Virus record (IMG/VR): IMGVR_UViG_3300037484_000250
Location: 19,529-83,528 of that record
Direction: 5' to 3' (one strand)
DNA: 64,000 nt
Origin: a virus
Lineage: Duplodnaviria; Caudoviricetes
In this document: positions 18,808 to 27,319 of the stretch, in pieces
Position numbering within the stretch: position 1 is the stretch's first letter
How the letters are laid out: every line of letters begins with the position of its first letter
Notes under the pieces: generated by a model
Databases searched by the model: none
Told to the model about the DNA's origin: nothing
The model's input: only the letters and a program-made list of their open reading frames with translations
Made by a program: the position numbers and the translations under genes

Positions 18808-19026
18808 ATGGGTAGGCTTGCAGAACACTATAAAGCAATGGCATTAATAGTATGGGAAGAACAAAATATAGAGTTAGAGTGTCGGCAAAACGATCTAAAA
18901 TTTTGGGTCGTTAAGCGAATAGCTGAATCTACACCTTGGACTCTAAGAGAATCATTTAATTTCTGCCTTCGGAAGAAGGAGGCGAATAGTGGATGGCAGG
19001 AATGTCCGAAGATCCAAATGAAGTAA
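18808..19026 (+). CDS. Hypothetical protein
   Basis: 72 aa ORF with GAGGGGTG RBS between terL and portal. Confidence 0.5.
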   Translation: MGRLAEHYKAMALIVWEEQNIELECRQNDLKFWVVKRIAESTPWTLRESFNFCLRKKEANSGWQECPKIQMK

Positions 19027-20318
19027 ATCAGAAAAAAATAATTACTCCTCAAATTGCGACAAGAGAACTTGGAAGAACGGGATTGATCGAATATTCGGGG
19101 TATGTTTATGAGGAACAATTAAAACAACTTTCTAGTTTCGATACGAGAGTAAGAGTTTATAAAGAGATGTCCGAAAATGATAGCGTTATTGGCGCTATTT
19201 TGTTCGTTATCGACATGCTTATCAGACAAGTATCGTGGAGAGTTCAGGCCGGAGGTTCGGATCTAAAAGATGAAGAAGCAAAGGTTTTCCTTGAATCTTG
19301 TTTACTTGATATGTCGAGCACTTGGGAGGATACAATTTCGGAGATTATGTCTTTTTTAATTTATGGATTTTCTTATCATGAGATTGTATATAAAAGGAGA
19401 TTTGGAGATAACAGAGATCCGACTAAGAAAAGTAGATTCACGGACGGGCGAATTGGTTGGAGAAAGATGCCGATCAGAGCACAAGAAACTTTGTGGCGTT
19501 GGTTATTTGATGAAGGTGGAGGAATTCAAGGGATGATTCAACTTCCCCCGCCCGATTATCAGTACCGAACGATACCGATCGAAAAGGCATTATTATTCAG
19601 AACTGGCATTCATAAGAATAACCCAGAAGGAAGATCCATTCTAAGGGTTGCATACAGAACGTGGTATATCAAGAAACGTATCGAAACCTATGAGGCTATC
19701 GGAGTAGAAAGGGAGTTGGCGGGTTATCCGGTGGTTTATGTTCCGGTGGAGTGGACAGATGTAAATGCTACAGCAGGGGAGAAAGATGCATATGTAGCTA
19801 TGAAAAAACTCGTCACGAATATTCGGCGAGATGAACAAGAAGGTGCTGTGCTCCCTGCAATTTATGATGAGCAAAATAACCAGTTAGTGAGACTCGAATT
19901 ATTAACGAGTGGCGGACGGAGAAATTTTGATACTAATCAGATTATCACTCGTCTTGATCAGAGACTTGCTATGACGGTTATGGCAGACTTCATATTATTG
20001 GGTACAGCAACGCCTAATGGATCTTATGCACTCAGTTCTGATAAAACAAAATTATTTAGTACGGCTTTAGGTACATGGTTAGATTCTATTGCTGCAACAT
20101 TTAATCGATATGCGATTCCGAGGTTGTTTGCATTGAATAATTTCGGTGTGGAAAAATTACCCACTTTAGAGCATGGTGACGTGGAATCGCAAGATTTGAA
20201 GGAGTTAGGGGAATATATTTCGAAATTGGCAGGAGCAGGAGCGCCGTTATTTCCAAATGATGAACTTGAAGATTTCTTGAAAAAGACAGCAGGATTACCA
20301 GTATCGGCTAAGGACTGA
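18993..20318 (+). CDS. Portal protein (DUF935-like)
   Basis: 441 aa after terL; ELGRTGL, YGFSYHEIVYKRR, NNPEGRSILR, GSYAL motifs. Confidence 0.8.
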   Translation: MAGMSEDPNEVNQKKIITPQIATRELGRTGLIEYSGYVYEEQLKQLSSFDTRVRVYKEMSENDSVIGAILFVIDMLIRQVSWRVQAGGSDLKDEEAKVFLESCLLDMSSTWEDTISEIMSFLIYGFSYHEIVYKRRFGDNRDPTKKSRFTDGRIGWRKMPIRAQETLWRWLFDEGGGIQGMIQLPPPDYQYRTIPIEKALLFRTGIHKNNPEGRSILRVAYRTWYIKKRIETYEAIGVERELAGYPVVYVPVEWTDVNATAGEKDAYVAMKKLVTNIRRDEQEGAVLPAIYDEQNNQLVRLELLTSGGRRNFDTNQIITRLDQRLAMTVMADFILLGTATPNGSYALSSDKTKLFSTALGTWLDSIAATFNRYAIPRLFALNNFGVEKLPTLEHGDVESQDLKELGEYISKLAGAGAPLFPNDELEDFLKKTAGLPVSAKD

Positions 20319-20323
20319 TTGCG

Positions 20324-21244
20324 ATGTTTAGAGTCAGAGAACCAAGAATCATTGATCTTTACAAAGAGAAGTTACCTCATGAACTTGAATGGAGATCACT
20401 TCATGGTATAGCGGATCAAGCAAAGCCCGAAATGGTGGATGCATTTTTGAAAGCTGTAGCAAGAACGCAGGGGGATATAGTTCTAAAGAATGTGGAAAAA
20501 GCCATAGCTATGGGAAATATCAACGCAGCAGTCGAATTGATACCGTGGGATAATTTTTCGGTTGAACTCAATCAATTAGCAGTTGTATTTAAACAGATTT
20601 TTGACAGAGCTGGTAAGAAGTCGATTGAATTTCTCCCGAAAAAAATAGAACATCAAGCAAGTTTTAATACTTTGAATCCTAAATCATTAGATTATATCAA
20701 AGATCATACAGGTAAATTGATCGTGGAGATCACGGAGGAGTCAAGGAAAGCAGTTAGAGCGGTTATTAACCGGGCATTCGTTGAAGGTATGCACCCATAT
20801 GAATCAGCAAAATATATTAGACAGATAGTTGGGTTGACTGAACGCCAAGGTCTTGCGGTTGATAATTTAAGGAAGTTGCTTATTAAGCAAGGGGCATCAG
20901 CGAACGTAATTGAAAAGCAGTTAAAATTATATACCAAACGTTTATTGGTTTATCGGTCGAAGAATATATCTCGTACTGAGACGATAACTGCAGCTAATCA
21001 AGGGCAACAAAGTCTATGGATTCAATCGGCAGATAAGGGTTTGATTAGTAGGGTGACTGCTAAGAGAAGATGGATCACAACCCGTGATGATCGTCTCTGT
21101 CAATGGTGTAAAAGTCTTAATGGAAAGTTAGTTGGGTTAGAGGAAGAGTTTGGGACGGCATTAATAGCGGGTAGGAGTTATACGTCATTAACCCCAACTT
21201 TACATCCCATGTGTAGGTGTAGCGTGGGTCTAGTTTTCGATTAA
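20324..21244 (+). CDS. Minor head morphogenesis protein (Mu F / SPP1 gp7-like)
   Basis: ISRTET...KRRWIT..DDRLCQWC..LNG...HPMCRC motif. Confidence 0.85.
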   Translation: MFRVREPRIIDLYKEKLPHELEWRSLHGIADQAKPEMVDAFLKAVARTQGDIVLKNVEKAIAMGNINAAVELIPWDNFSVELNQLAVVFKQIFDRAGKKSIEFLPKKIEHQASFNTLNPKSLDYIKDHTGKLIVEITEESRKAVRAVINRAFVEGMHPYESAKYIRQIVGLTERQGLAVDNLRKLLIKQGASANVIEKQLKLYTKRLLVYRSKNISRTETITAANQGQQSLWIQSADKGLISRVTAKRRWITTRDDRLCQWCKSLNGKLVGLEEEFGTALIAGRSYTSLTPTLHPMCRCSVGLVFD

Positions 21245-21279
21245 AAATATTTAGAAATTAGGGGGGGAGCCAATTTCTA

Positions 21280-21570
21280 ATGAGTACGATATTACATGAT
21301 TTAATCCAGAGTAGGGCTGTGAACGAAGCGCGGTATATTATTGAAAATGCAGCAACGCTTAGGAAAGCAGCAGAGGAATTTGGTGTAAGTAAAAGTACGG
21401 TGCATCGTGATATCCATAAATATTTAAAGGATATCGATATGGAACTCTATGAGGAAGTTTATAAAGTAATTGATTTGAATCGTAATGAAAGACATATGCG
21501 TGGAGGAGAGGCAAATAGATTAAGGGCCAATGAGAGAAGGATAATGGAAGAGATAAAAATGCATGAGTGA
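21280..21570 (+). CDS. spoIIID: Sporulation transcriptional regulator SpoIIID homolog
   Basis: TLRKAAEEFGVSKSTVHRDI...LYEEV...ERHMRGGEA closely follows the SpoIIID pattern (EFGVSKSTVHKD...RHLRGGEAT). Confidence 0.85.
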   Translation: MSTILHDLIQSRAVNEARYIIENAATLRKAAEEFGVSKSTVHRDIHKYLKDIDMELYEEVYKVIDLNRNERHMRGGEANRLRANERRIMEEIKMHE

Positions 21571-21784
21571 CATGACAGAAAGCATAATATACAATTCGTC
21601 GTTTGAATTGTTAAGGAAACCAATACTTCATCCTAGTACCATTAATTTAGTGCCAGTTAGATGTCCGTTATGTAACCATCTTTTAGGGTTCATTGAGGGT
21701 AAGGCTCAGATAAAATGTAATAAGTGCAAGTATATCCATCTTGCGGAATTGAGAGTCGCGCCGACGACCAGTGCATTAATTTAA
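21563..21784 (+). CDS. Mu Com-like zinc-ribbon protein
   Basis: VRCPLCNHLL...QIKCNKCK. Confidence 0.65.
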   Translation: MSDMTESIIYNSSFELLRKPILHPSTINLVPVRCPLCNHLLGFIEGKAQIKCNKCKYIHLAELRVAPTTSALI

Positions 21785-21814
21785 AAAAATGTATTGGTCG
21801 TCGGCGCTTTTTTA
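21758..21814 (+). terminator. Long hairpin/terminator overlapping the Com-like stop codon
   Basis: GCGCCGACGACCAGTGCATT ... AATGTATTGGTCGTCGGCGC followed by TTTTTT. Confidence 0.7.
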
Positions 21815-21845
21815 TTGTTTTTGAGAGGAAGGAGAGATTTATGAA

Positions 21846-23303
21846 ATGCAAGTTCAGGAGTATTTGGATGTAGTTTTGGATACTCTCAAAAAATTCATAC
21901 CAAAAGAAACGTTTGATAAGATTCACGAAATAGCAGTTCCAGAAGAAATAATTAAGGGTGTAACACCGTTCAAGGATTTACCTCTTGCAGATAGGGAAAT
22001 GGAATGGGATGGATCGGAAGCTGAAAAAAATATTAGAGTGTGGGCAGGGGGAAGCGACAAGGAAGATATAAATTGGGGTAAATTTAGTCAAGGATTCTTA
22101 TGGGTTGATGATGAAAATAAGGAAGCATTTGGTGGATATAAATTCCCGATTGCAAATGTGATTGATGGAAAATTAATGGCAATACCGAGAGGAATATTTG
22201 CTGCAGCAGGAGTTCTCAGTGGAGCTAGGTTGACAGGTGGAGCATCACAAATAAATGTTCCAGAAGAAGATATACAGGGAATGAAGGATCATGTTGATAG
22301 ATATTATGCGAAGATGAGAGAAATGTGGGATGATGAAAAATTAATCAGTCCATTCAAAAAGGAAATTACATTATCGCAAAAAAGGGACGAATTTGTTCCA
22401 ATGGTCAAAAGTTCGGGGAAGGAAAATTCTCAAATAGCTTTCGTCGGAGCTTCACCGGGGAAAATAGAATATTTAAGGGGAGAAGCATTTGTCGGGCCGT
22501 GTGGAGAAACATTTAATGAATTATATATTAAACCATTAGGATTGGGCCGTGAGGATATATTTTTAACCAATGCTGTACCAATGTTATTAATTGATAAATC
22601 GGGAAATGTCAGAGAACCGACAGATATTGAGGTTAGTGATTGGGGTGAGTGGTTAGAAAAGGAATTGGAAATGGCTAATCCTAAAGTAATCGTAGCTCTA
22701 GGACATAAAGCTAAAAAAGCTCTTGGTGAAAATGTTGATTTTGTTTTGCCCCATCCTATGGCGATTCGAAGGTTTAATGATTCTGGTGAGGTTGGAAGAA
22801 AACTGAAACAGATAAAAGTTAAACTTGAGGAAATCAATAAGGGATTGCCTACCGTAGGGGATGTCCATATAGATTCAACTAATTGGGAGAGGCCAAAGAT
22901 TAAACCAAATACCCAAAATGATGAGGTAATCTATGCCGATATAATCAAAGCTGATGTCGAAAAGCAACTTGTATATGGCATAGTTTTAGAACCGGGAAGT
23001 GTCGATGCACAAAATGACACGATAGGTGCAGAAGAGATAGAGAAAGCTGCACACAATTATTTACAGAATTCTAGAGTTATAGGAGAGTCACATAAGGCCA
23101 AGGCCAAGGCCAATGTCGTTGAAAGTTATCTTGCTCCGTTAGATTTTACGTTTGGTGGTCAAAAGGTAACTAAAGGCACATGGGTAATGGTCGTTAAAAT
23201 CAATGACGAAAAAATGTGGGAGGATGTGAAAAGCAAAAAATTTAAAGGTTTCAGCATAGGGGGATTTTCAAGAAGAGTTCCAGTCACAGAACCAGTAATG
23301 TAA
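21846..23303 (+). CDS. Multidomain head protein: N-terminal domain, family-4-UDG-like domain and XkdF-like prohead protease
   Basis: IAFVGASPG...AFVGPCG...FLTNAV...PKVIVALG...PHP (UDG-like). QLVYGIVLEP...DAQND...AAH...TWV...KGFSIGG (XkdF-like). Confidence 0.75.
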   Translation: MQVQEYLDVVLDTLKKFIPKETFDKIHEIAVPEEIIKGVTPFKDLPLADREMEWDGSEAEKNIRVWAGGSDKEDINWGKFSQGFLWVDDENKEAFGGYKFPIANVIDGKLMAIPRGIFAAAGVLSGARLTGGASQINVPEEDIQGMKDHVDRYYAKMREMWDDEKLISPFKKEITLSQKRDEFVPMVKSSGKENSQIAFVGASPGKIEYLRGEAFVGPCGETFNELYIKPLGLGREDIFLTNAVPMLLIDKSGNVREPTDIEVSDWGEWLEKELEMANPKVIVALGHKAKKALGENVDFVLPHPMAIRRFNDSGEVGRKLKQIKVKLEEINKGLPTVGDVHIDSTNWERPKIKPNTQNDEVIYADIIKADVEKQLVYGIVLEPGSVDAQNDTIGAEEIEKAAHNYLQNSRVIGESHKAKAKANVVESYLAPLDFTFGGQKVTKGTWVMVVKINDEKMWEDVKSKKFKGFSIGGFSRRVPVTEPVM

Positions 23304-23363
23304 ATTTTTCTAGTATATAAATTTCTCCAATTATCGTAAAATGATAGTGGGAGGAGTTTAAGG

Positions 23364-24260
23364 ATGGCAAAAATACAGAGGTATTGTAAATATTGTGATG
23401 GAGAATTTATGATTGAGAAATCCCAATTGAAACATGAAGGGTATGGAGTATTTTGTTCAAGGAAATGTGCTTCTAGGTTTTTTGGTAATGAACAATTAAA
23501 GTCTAGGATTGAATGTAAATGTCAATATTGTGAGGAAATATTTTATTCAAAACCATCTAGAATGAAAATAGGTGGAAAATTTTGTTCAAATGTGTGTCAA
23601 GGTAAATATATAATAAGGAACAATCAGAAAGCATCAAATTACTTTGCACACAATCAAAAAATCCAAATTAAAGTAGCGATGCCATGTTCTTGGTGTGGGG
23701 AAATATTCGAAGTTATCCAATCAAGACAAGACAAAGCAAAATTTTGTTCAAGATCATGTCAAGTGTCTTTTAAAAACACGCAGAATACCAAGGAAAAATT
23801 AAAATCAGTTTGTAAATGGTGTAAGGAAGAATTCGAACATTACCCATGTACACCAAACAAAAAGTATTGTTCTCGAAGTTGCCATATATCATGGCAAAAT
23901 TCGTACAATTTACCTAAGGGTTCTACTCATGGAAAAGGTGCTTGGTTTATCAAACCAGATGGAGCAAGGAAATATATGAGGTCATCATGGGAAATTATGT
24001 TTGCAGAATTCTTGGTTGAGTTAAATTTAGATTGGGAATATGAACCAAGAGTTTTCAGGCTTAAAAATGGAAGGGGCTATACTCCAGATTTCTATATTCC
24101 AAGCATAAATAAGTGGGTCGAAATTAAGGGATATTGGCGAGATATCGAGAGTAGGGAAAAGTTTCAGATGTTCAAGGATGAATATCCAGATTGTGAGATT
24201 GAATTACTTTTAGGTCTTCAAGCAATCGAAAATTTCAAAATATTTCTAAAGAAATCGTAA
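23364..24260 (+). CDS. Zinc-finger-repeat protein with C-terminal PD-(D/E)XK nuclease (homing-endonuclease-like)
   Basis: Four CxxC...FCSxxC repeats; MRSSWE...YEP...YTPDFY...WVEIKG. Confidence 0.75.
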   Translation: MAKIQRYCKYCDGEFMIEKSQLKHEGYGVFCSRKCASRFFGNEQLKSRIECKCQYCEEIFYSKPSRMKIGGKFCSNVCQGKYIIRNNQKASNYFAHNQKIQIKVAMPCSWCGEIFEVIQSRQDKAKFCSRSCQVSFKNTQNTKEKLKSVCKWCKEEFEHYPCTPNKKYCSRSCHISWQNSYNLPKGSTHGKGAWFIKPDGARKYMRSSWEIMFAEFLVELNLDWEYEPRVFRLKNGRGYTPDFYIPSINKWVEIKGYWRDIESREKFQMFKDEYPDCEIELLLGLQAIENFKIFLKKS

Positions 24261-24327
24261 TTTTACGATTTCTTTTTTATTCAAACAAGTAAAGTAGGTG
24301 AGGTGTATCAAGGAAGATAAATTGATT

Positions 24328-25221
24328 ATGGAACTTACGGGTTTAAATGTCGAAGAAATATCTTTAGTAGGTAAGCCAGCTAATGAACGATTATTCTTAC
24401 TTTTAAAGCAAGAAGGAGGAAATACCTTGGGTGCGTTAAATGATGTTTTGAAATCACTCAATGAATTGGATATTGACCTAGATAATTCTGAGGGTATTGA
24501 AAATATCCTGAAAAAAATGAAGTTGAGTGAGAAAGCCTGTGATGCTGCAAAAGGAGCACTCAAATTAATGACGGCATATAAGGAAGAAATGCCGAAGGGA
24601 TTCATGGAGAAATTGATTGATATGGCTGGTTATGGTGATATGGAAGAAGAGGTAATGGAGAAACCAGCTACTCCAAAAGGAGGGAAAGAGATGCCTAAAC
24701 AACCATTCGTTTCGGAGAAAAAGAAGATGAAAAAGGAAGATGGATCATTAGACATTGATGCTATTCCAGAAGAATCCCGCGAACTTGTTCAGATGCTTTG
24801 GAAAGAACATGAATCTGCGATCAAGAAAGCTGATGAATTGGAAGCTATACTCAAGGCAGAGCGAGAAATCAGAATCACGAAAGAATATCAAGAACGCGGA
24901 GCAAATTTCCAGAATATTGGAACTGCCGAAGTAGTAGGTGGCATTTTGAAGAAAGCATATGAAGTTTCGGCTGAGTATGGTTTGCAATTGGAAAATTCAT
25001 TAAAAGATGCCAATGCTAAGATTGAAAAGTCGGATTTGTTTAAGGAAATTGGTTCTGATGCAACAAGCACAAATGACAGTTCTTGGGCTAAGATTGAAGA
25101 ATTAGCAAAGGGTCTTGTTATGAAAGGTGATGGACAAACAATGGCCCAAGCCATTGACAGAGTCCTTGCCGAAAATCCGAAGCTCTATGAAGAGTACACT
25201 AGAGAAAGGAGCGGAAAATAA
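24328..25221 (+). CDS. Capsid scaffolding-like protein
   Basis: EISLVGKPAN N-terminal motif, acidic coiled-coil, position between protease and capsid genes. Confidence 0.6.
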   Translation: MELTGLNVEEISLVGKPANERLFLLLKQEGGNTLGALNDVLKSLNELDIDLDNSEGIENILKKMKLSEKACDAAKGALKLMTAYKEEMPKGFMEKLIDMAGYGDMEEEVMEKPATPKGGKEMPKQPFVSEKKKMKKEDGSLDIDAIPEESRELVQMLWKEHESAIKKADELEAILKAEREIRITKEYQERGANFQNIGTAEVVGGILKKAYEVSAEYGLQLENSLKDANAKIEKSDLFKEIGSDATSTNDSSWAKIEELAKGLVMKGDGQTMAQAIDRVLAENPKLYEEYTRERSGK

Positions 25222-25610
25222 TGGCTTACGATATCAAAAATCTCAGTTTTTCTTTAATTGCATCTTCTAGCTATGGTTTAATGCAGTACCGTGGTGTAAG
25301 AGCATCGACGGTGGTAGATCATTTCTCAATTGGGGCAACAACTGGTACAATTCGCCCATTGGGTATCCTTCAAAATAATCCTGATGTTGGTGAATCAGGG
25401 GAAATTTGGGTTCCGGGATGTATTTCTAAGATTATGACAGGATCAGCCCTTGCCATAGGTAATAGATTCCATATTCTTAATAATGGTAGAGCATATAGCA
25501 CTGGAGCAATTGCAGCAGGATCAGCTATGTATGGGCCAGTTCTAACGGTTGCAGCAGGGTCTAGCGAACTTGTCACAGTCAGTTTCGCTTCATTTGGAGT
25601 CACCACCTAA
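25221..25610 (+). CDS. Capsid cement/decoration-like protein
   Basis: LGILQNNP..GE...KIMTGSALAIG pattern; immediately upstream of the capsid gene. Confidence 0.6.
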   Translation: MAYDIKNLSFSLIASSSYGLMQYRGVRASTVVDHFSIGATTGTIRPLGILQNNPDVGESGEIWVPGCISKIMTGSALAIGNRFHILNNGRAYSTGAIAAGSAMYGPVLTVAAGSSELVTVSFASFGVTT

Positions 25611-25634
25611 TTGAGTTTTAAAAATTTAAGATTT

Positions 25635-25719
25635 AGCACGGTCTAGGGCGTGAGCCTTAAAATTACTGAATCCCCCCCAGTAAAGACCGTGCTTTTTGCA
25701 TGCTAATTTCAGGGGGATT
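25635..25719 (+). ncRNA. Candidate structured RNA upstream of the major capsid gene
   Basis: 10-bp stem 25635-44/25684-93 encloses a GGC-GUGA-GCC hairpin and a TTACTG/CAGTAA hairpin. The loop AATCCCCC of the latter is complementary to GGGGGATT at 25712-19. Confidence 0.45.
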
Positions 25720-25809
25720 TTTCTATTTATCCACATGAACATCAATTATTGCATTTGGTAGCAAATGTGAGTAATCGGAAGTAATTAAAATGAAATAACT
25801 AAAAAAGGA

Positions 25810-26793
25810 GTGAGCGATTTGCCGAATCCAACGCTTAGTGACGTTCACGTAGACCGTGCATTAACCAACATTTCAATTGCGTATATCCAAGACACAGAGC
25901 GAAATTTTATCGCAAATAAAGTATTCCCGATCGTGCCTGTTACCAATAAGAGTGATAGGTATTTTATTTTTTCACAGGCTGATTTCTTCCGAAACGAAGC
26001 TAAAGTCAGAGCGCCGGGGGCTGAAACTGCGGGCGGAGGATATAGATTAAGTACAGACAATTATAATTGTGATGTACTTGGTTATCATGCAGATCTTGAC
26101 GATCAGACTCGGGCTAATGCTGATCAACCTCTTCAACTTGAAAGATCTCACACAGTTTATGTAACTCAGCAACTCCTTCTTAAACGTGAGGTTGAGTGGG
26201 TCAGTCATTTCTTCACAACTGGTTTATGGACTGGATCGACAACGGGTACAGATTTAGTCGGTGCTGTGGACTTTACCCAATGGGATAATATTGTTAGTAC
26301 TCCTATTGAGGATATCACTAATCAAGCTGATAGTATTTCTAGGAAAACTGGATATAGACCTAATTGTTTAGTTCTAGGGCCAGAAGTTTATACAACATTG
26401 AAAAATCATCCAGACATCCTTGACCGCGTTAAGTATACCCAAAAAGGAGTTATCACGGAAGATATCTTGGCAGTTCTGTTTGATGTTGAGCGTGTGCTTG
26501 TACCAAGAGCTGTACAGAATACGGCTGCAGAGACAGCTACTGCAACTTATGCATTCATCTATGGGAAGAATGCTTTCCTTGGATATTCAGCACCAGCGCC
26601 CGGTCTTTATCAACCTTCGGCTGGATATCTGTTCACTTGGCAGGGTCTATTCGGAGCAGGAGCAGAGGGTGTCAGGATCAAGAATTTCCGTGTAGAAGTA
26701 AATGCAGCTAATCGTATTGAGGGTGAATCTGCATGGTCGATGAAAGTTGTTGGTGCAGATCTTGGTTGTTTCTTCTCGGCAGCTATAGTTTAG
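25810..26793 (+). CDS. Major capsid protein
   Basis: 327 aa; DRALTNISIAY...FPIVPV..KSD.Y...RAPG, typical of phage capsid E-like proteins; operon position. Confidence 0.85.
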   Translation: MSDLPNPTLSDVHVDRALTNISIAYIQDTERNFIANKVFPIVPVTNKSDRYFIFSQADFFRNEAKVRAPGAETAGGGYRLSTDNYNCDVLGYHADLDDQTRANADQPLQLERSHTVYVTQQLLLKREVEWVSHFFTTGLWTGSTTGTDLVGAVDFTQWDNIVSTPIEDITNQADSISRKTGYRPNCLVLGPEVYTTLKNHPDILDRVKYTQKGVITEDILAVLFDVERVLVPRAVQNTAAETATATYAFIYGKNAFLGYSAPAPGLYQPSAGYLFTWQGLFGAGAEGVRIKNFRVEVNAANRIEGESAWSMKVVGADLGCFFSAAIV

Positions 26794-26813
26794 GCATATA
26801 TTAAAAGAAATGG

Positions 26814-26851
26814 AAATGACCCAAACCGTAATAAGTTTAGGGTCATTTTTG
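26814..26851 (+). terminator. Terminator after the major capsid gene
   Basis: AAATGACCCAAAC ... GTTTAGGGTCATTTTT. Confidence 0.65.
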
Positions 26852-26888
26852 TTTCGATATTCATTTTCATGGGAGGTGAAATCCGAAG

Positions 26889-27275
26889 ATGGGGTTTGAA
26901 AAAGAACAACGTCCAGCTATGAAAACATTCGATGAAAGATACAGAATTCAGGCGATAACCAGCACAGCGACAACTATTCTTGGATATGGTGTTACTACTT
27001 TGTCATCTACTAAACCGGGGACATTAACATTTAATATTGAACCACCACTCTTTGCGGGGGCAGATAAGACCATCATTGCATTAGTGCAGTCGGGTTCGTC
27101 GTCGATCTATAAAGTTATCCCGAATACTACAACAATTTTTTATGGTTCAACTTCATCTAGCACAGGAAGAGTCATAGCATTCAGTGCGCCGGGAGAGGTT
27201 GTTCAATTAATTGCTGTATCAGCGACTAAGTACCAAGTCGTTTCGAATTTATCAAGCACATTTGGTACGACTTAA
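26889..27275 (+). CDS. Ser/Thr-rich putative virion (head decoration) protein
   Basis: 128 aa, S/T-rich, paralogous to the C-terminus of 27320-28621. Confidence 0.55.
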   Translation: MGFEKEQRPAMKTFDERYRIQAITSTATTILGYGVTTLSSTKPGTLTFNIEPPLFAGADKTIIALVQSGSSSIYKVIPNTTTIFYGSTSSSTGRVIAFSAPGEVVQLIAVSATKYQVVSNLSSTFGTT

Positions 27276-27319
27276 AGAAATGAAATTATTAATATTGAGG
27301 AAAGGAGGAGAAATATAAA

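Noticed and set aside
25727-25735. Perfect DnaA box TTATCCACA before the capsid gene
   Set aside because: A single isolated 9-mer far from replication genes; plausible by chance in 64 kb of AT-rich DNA.
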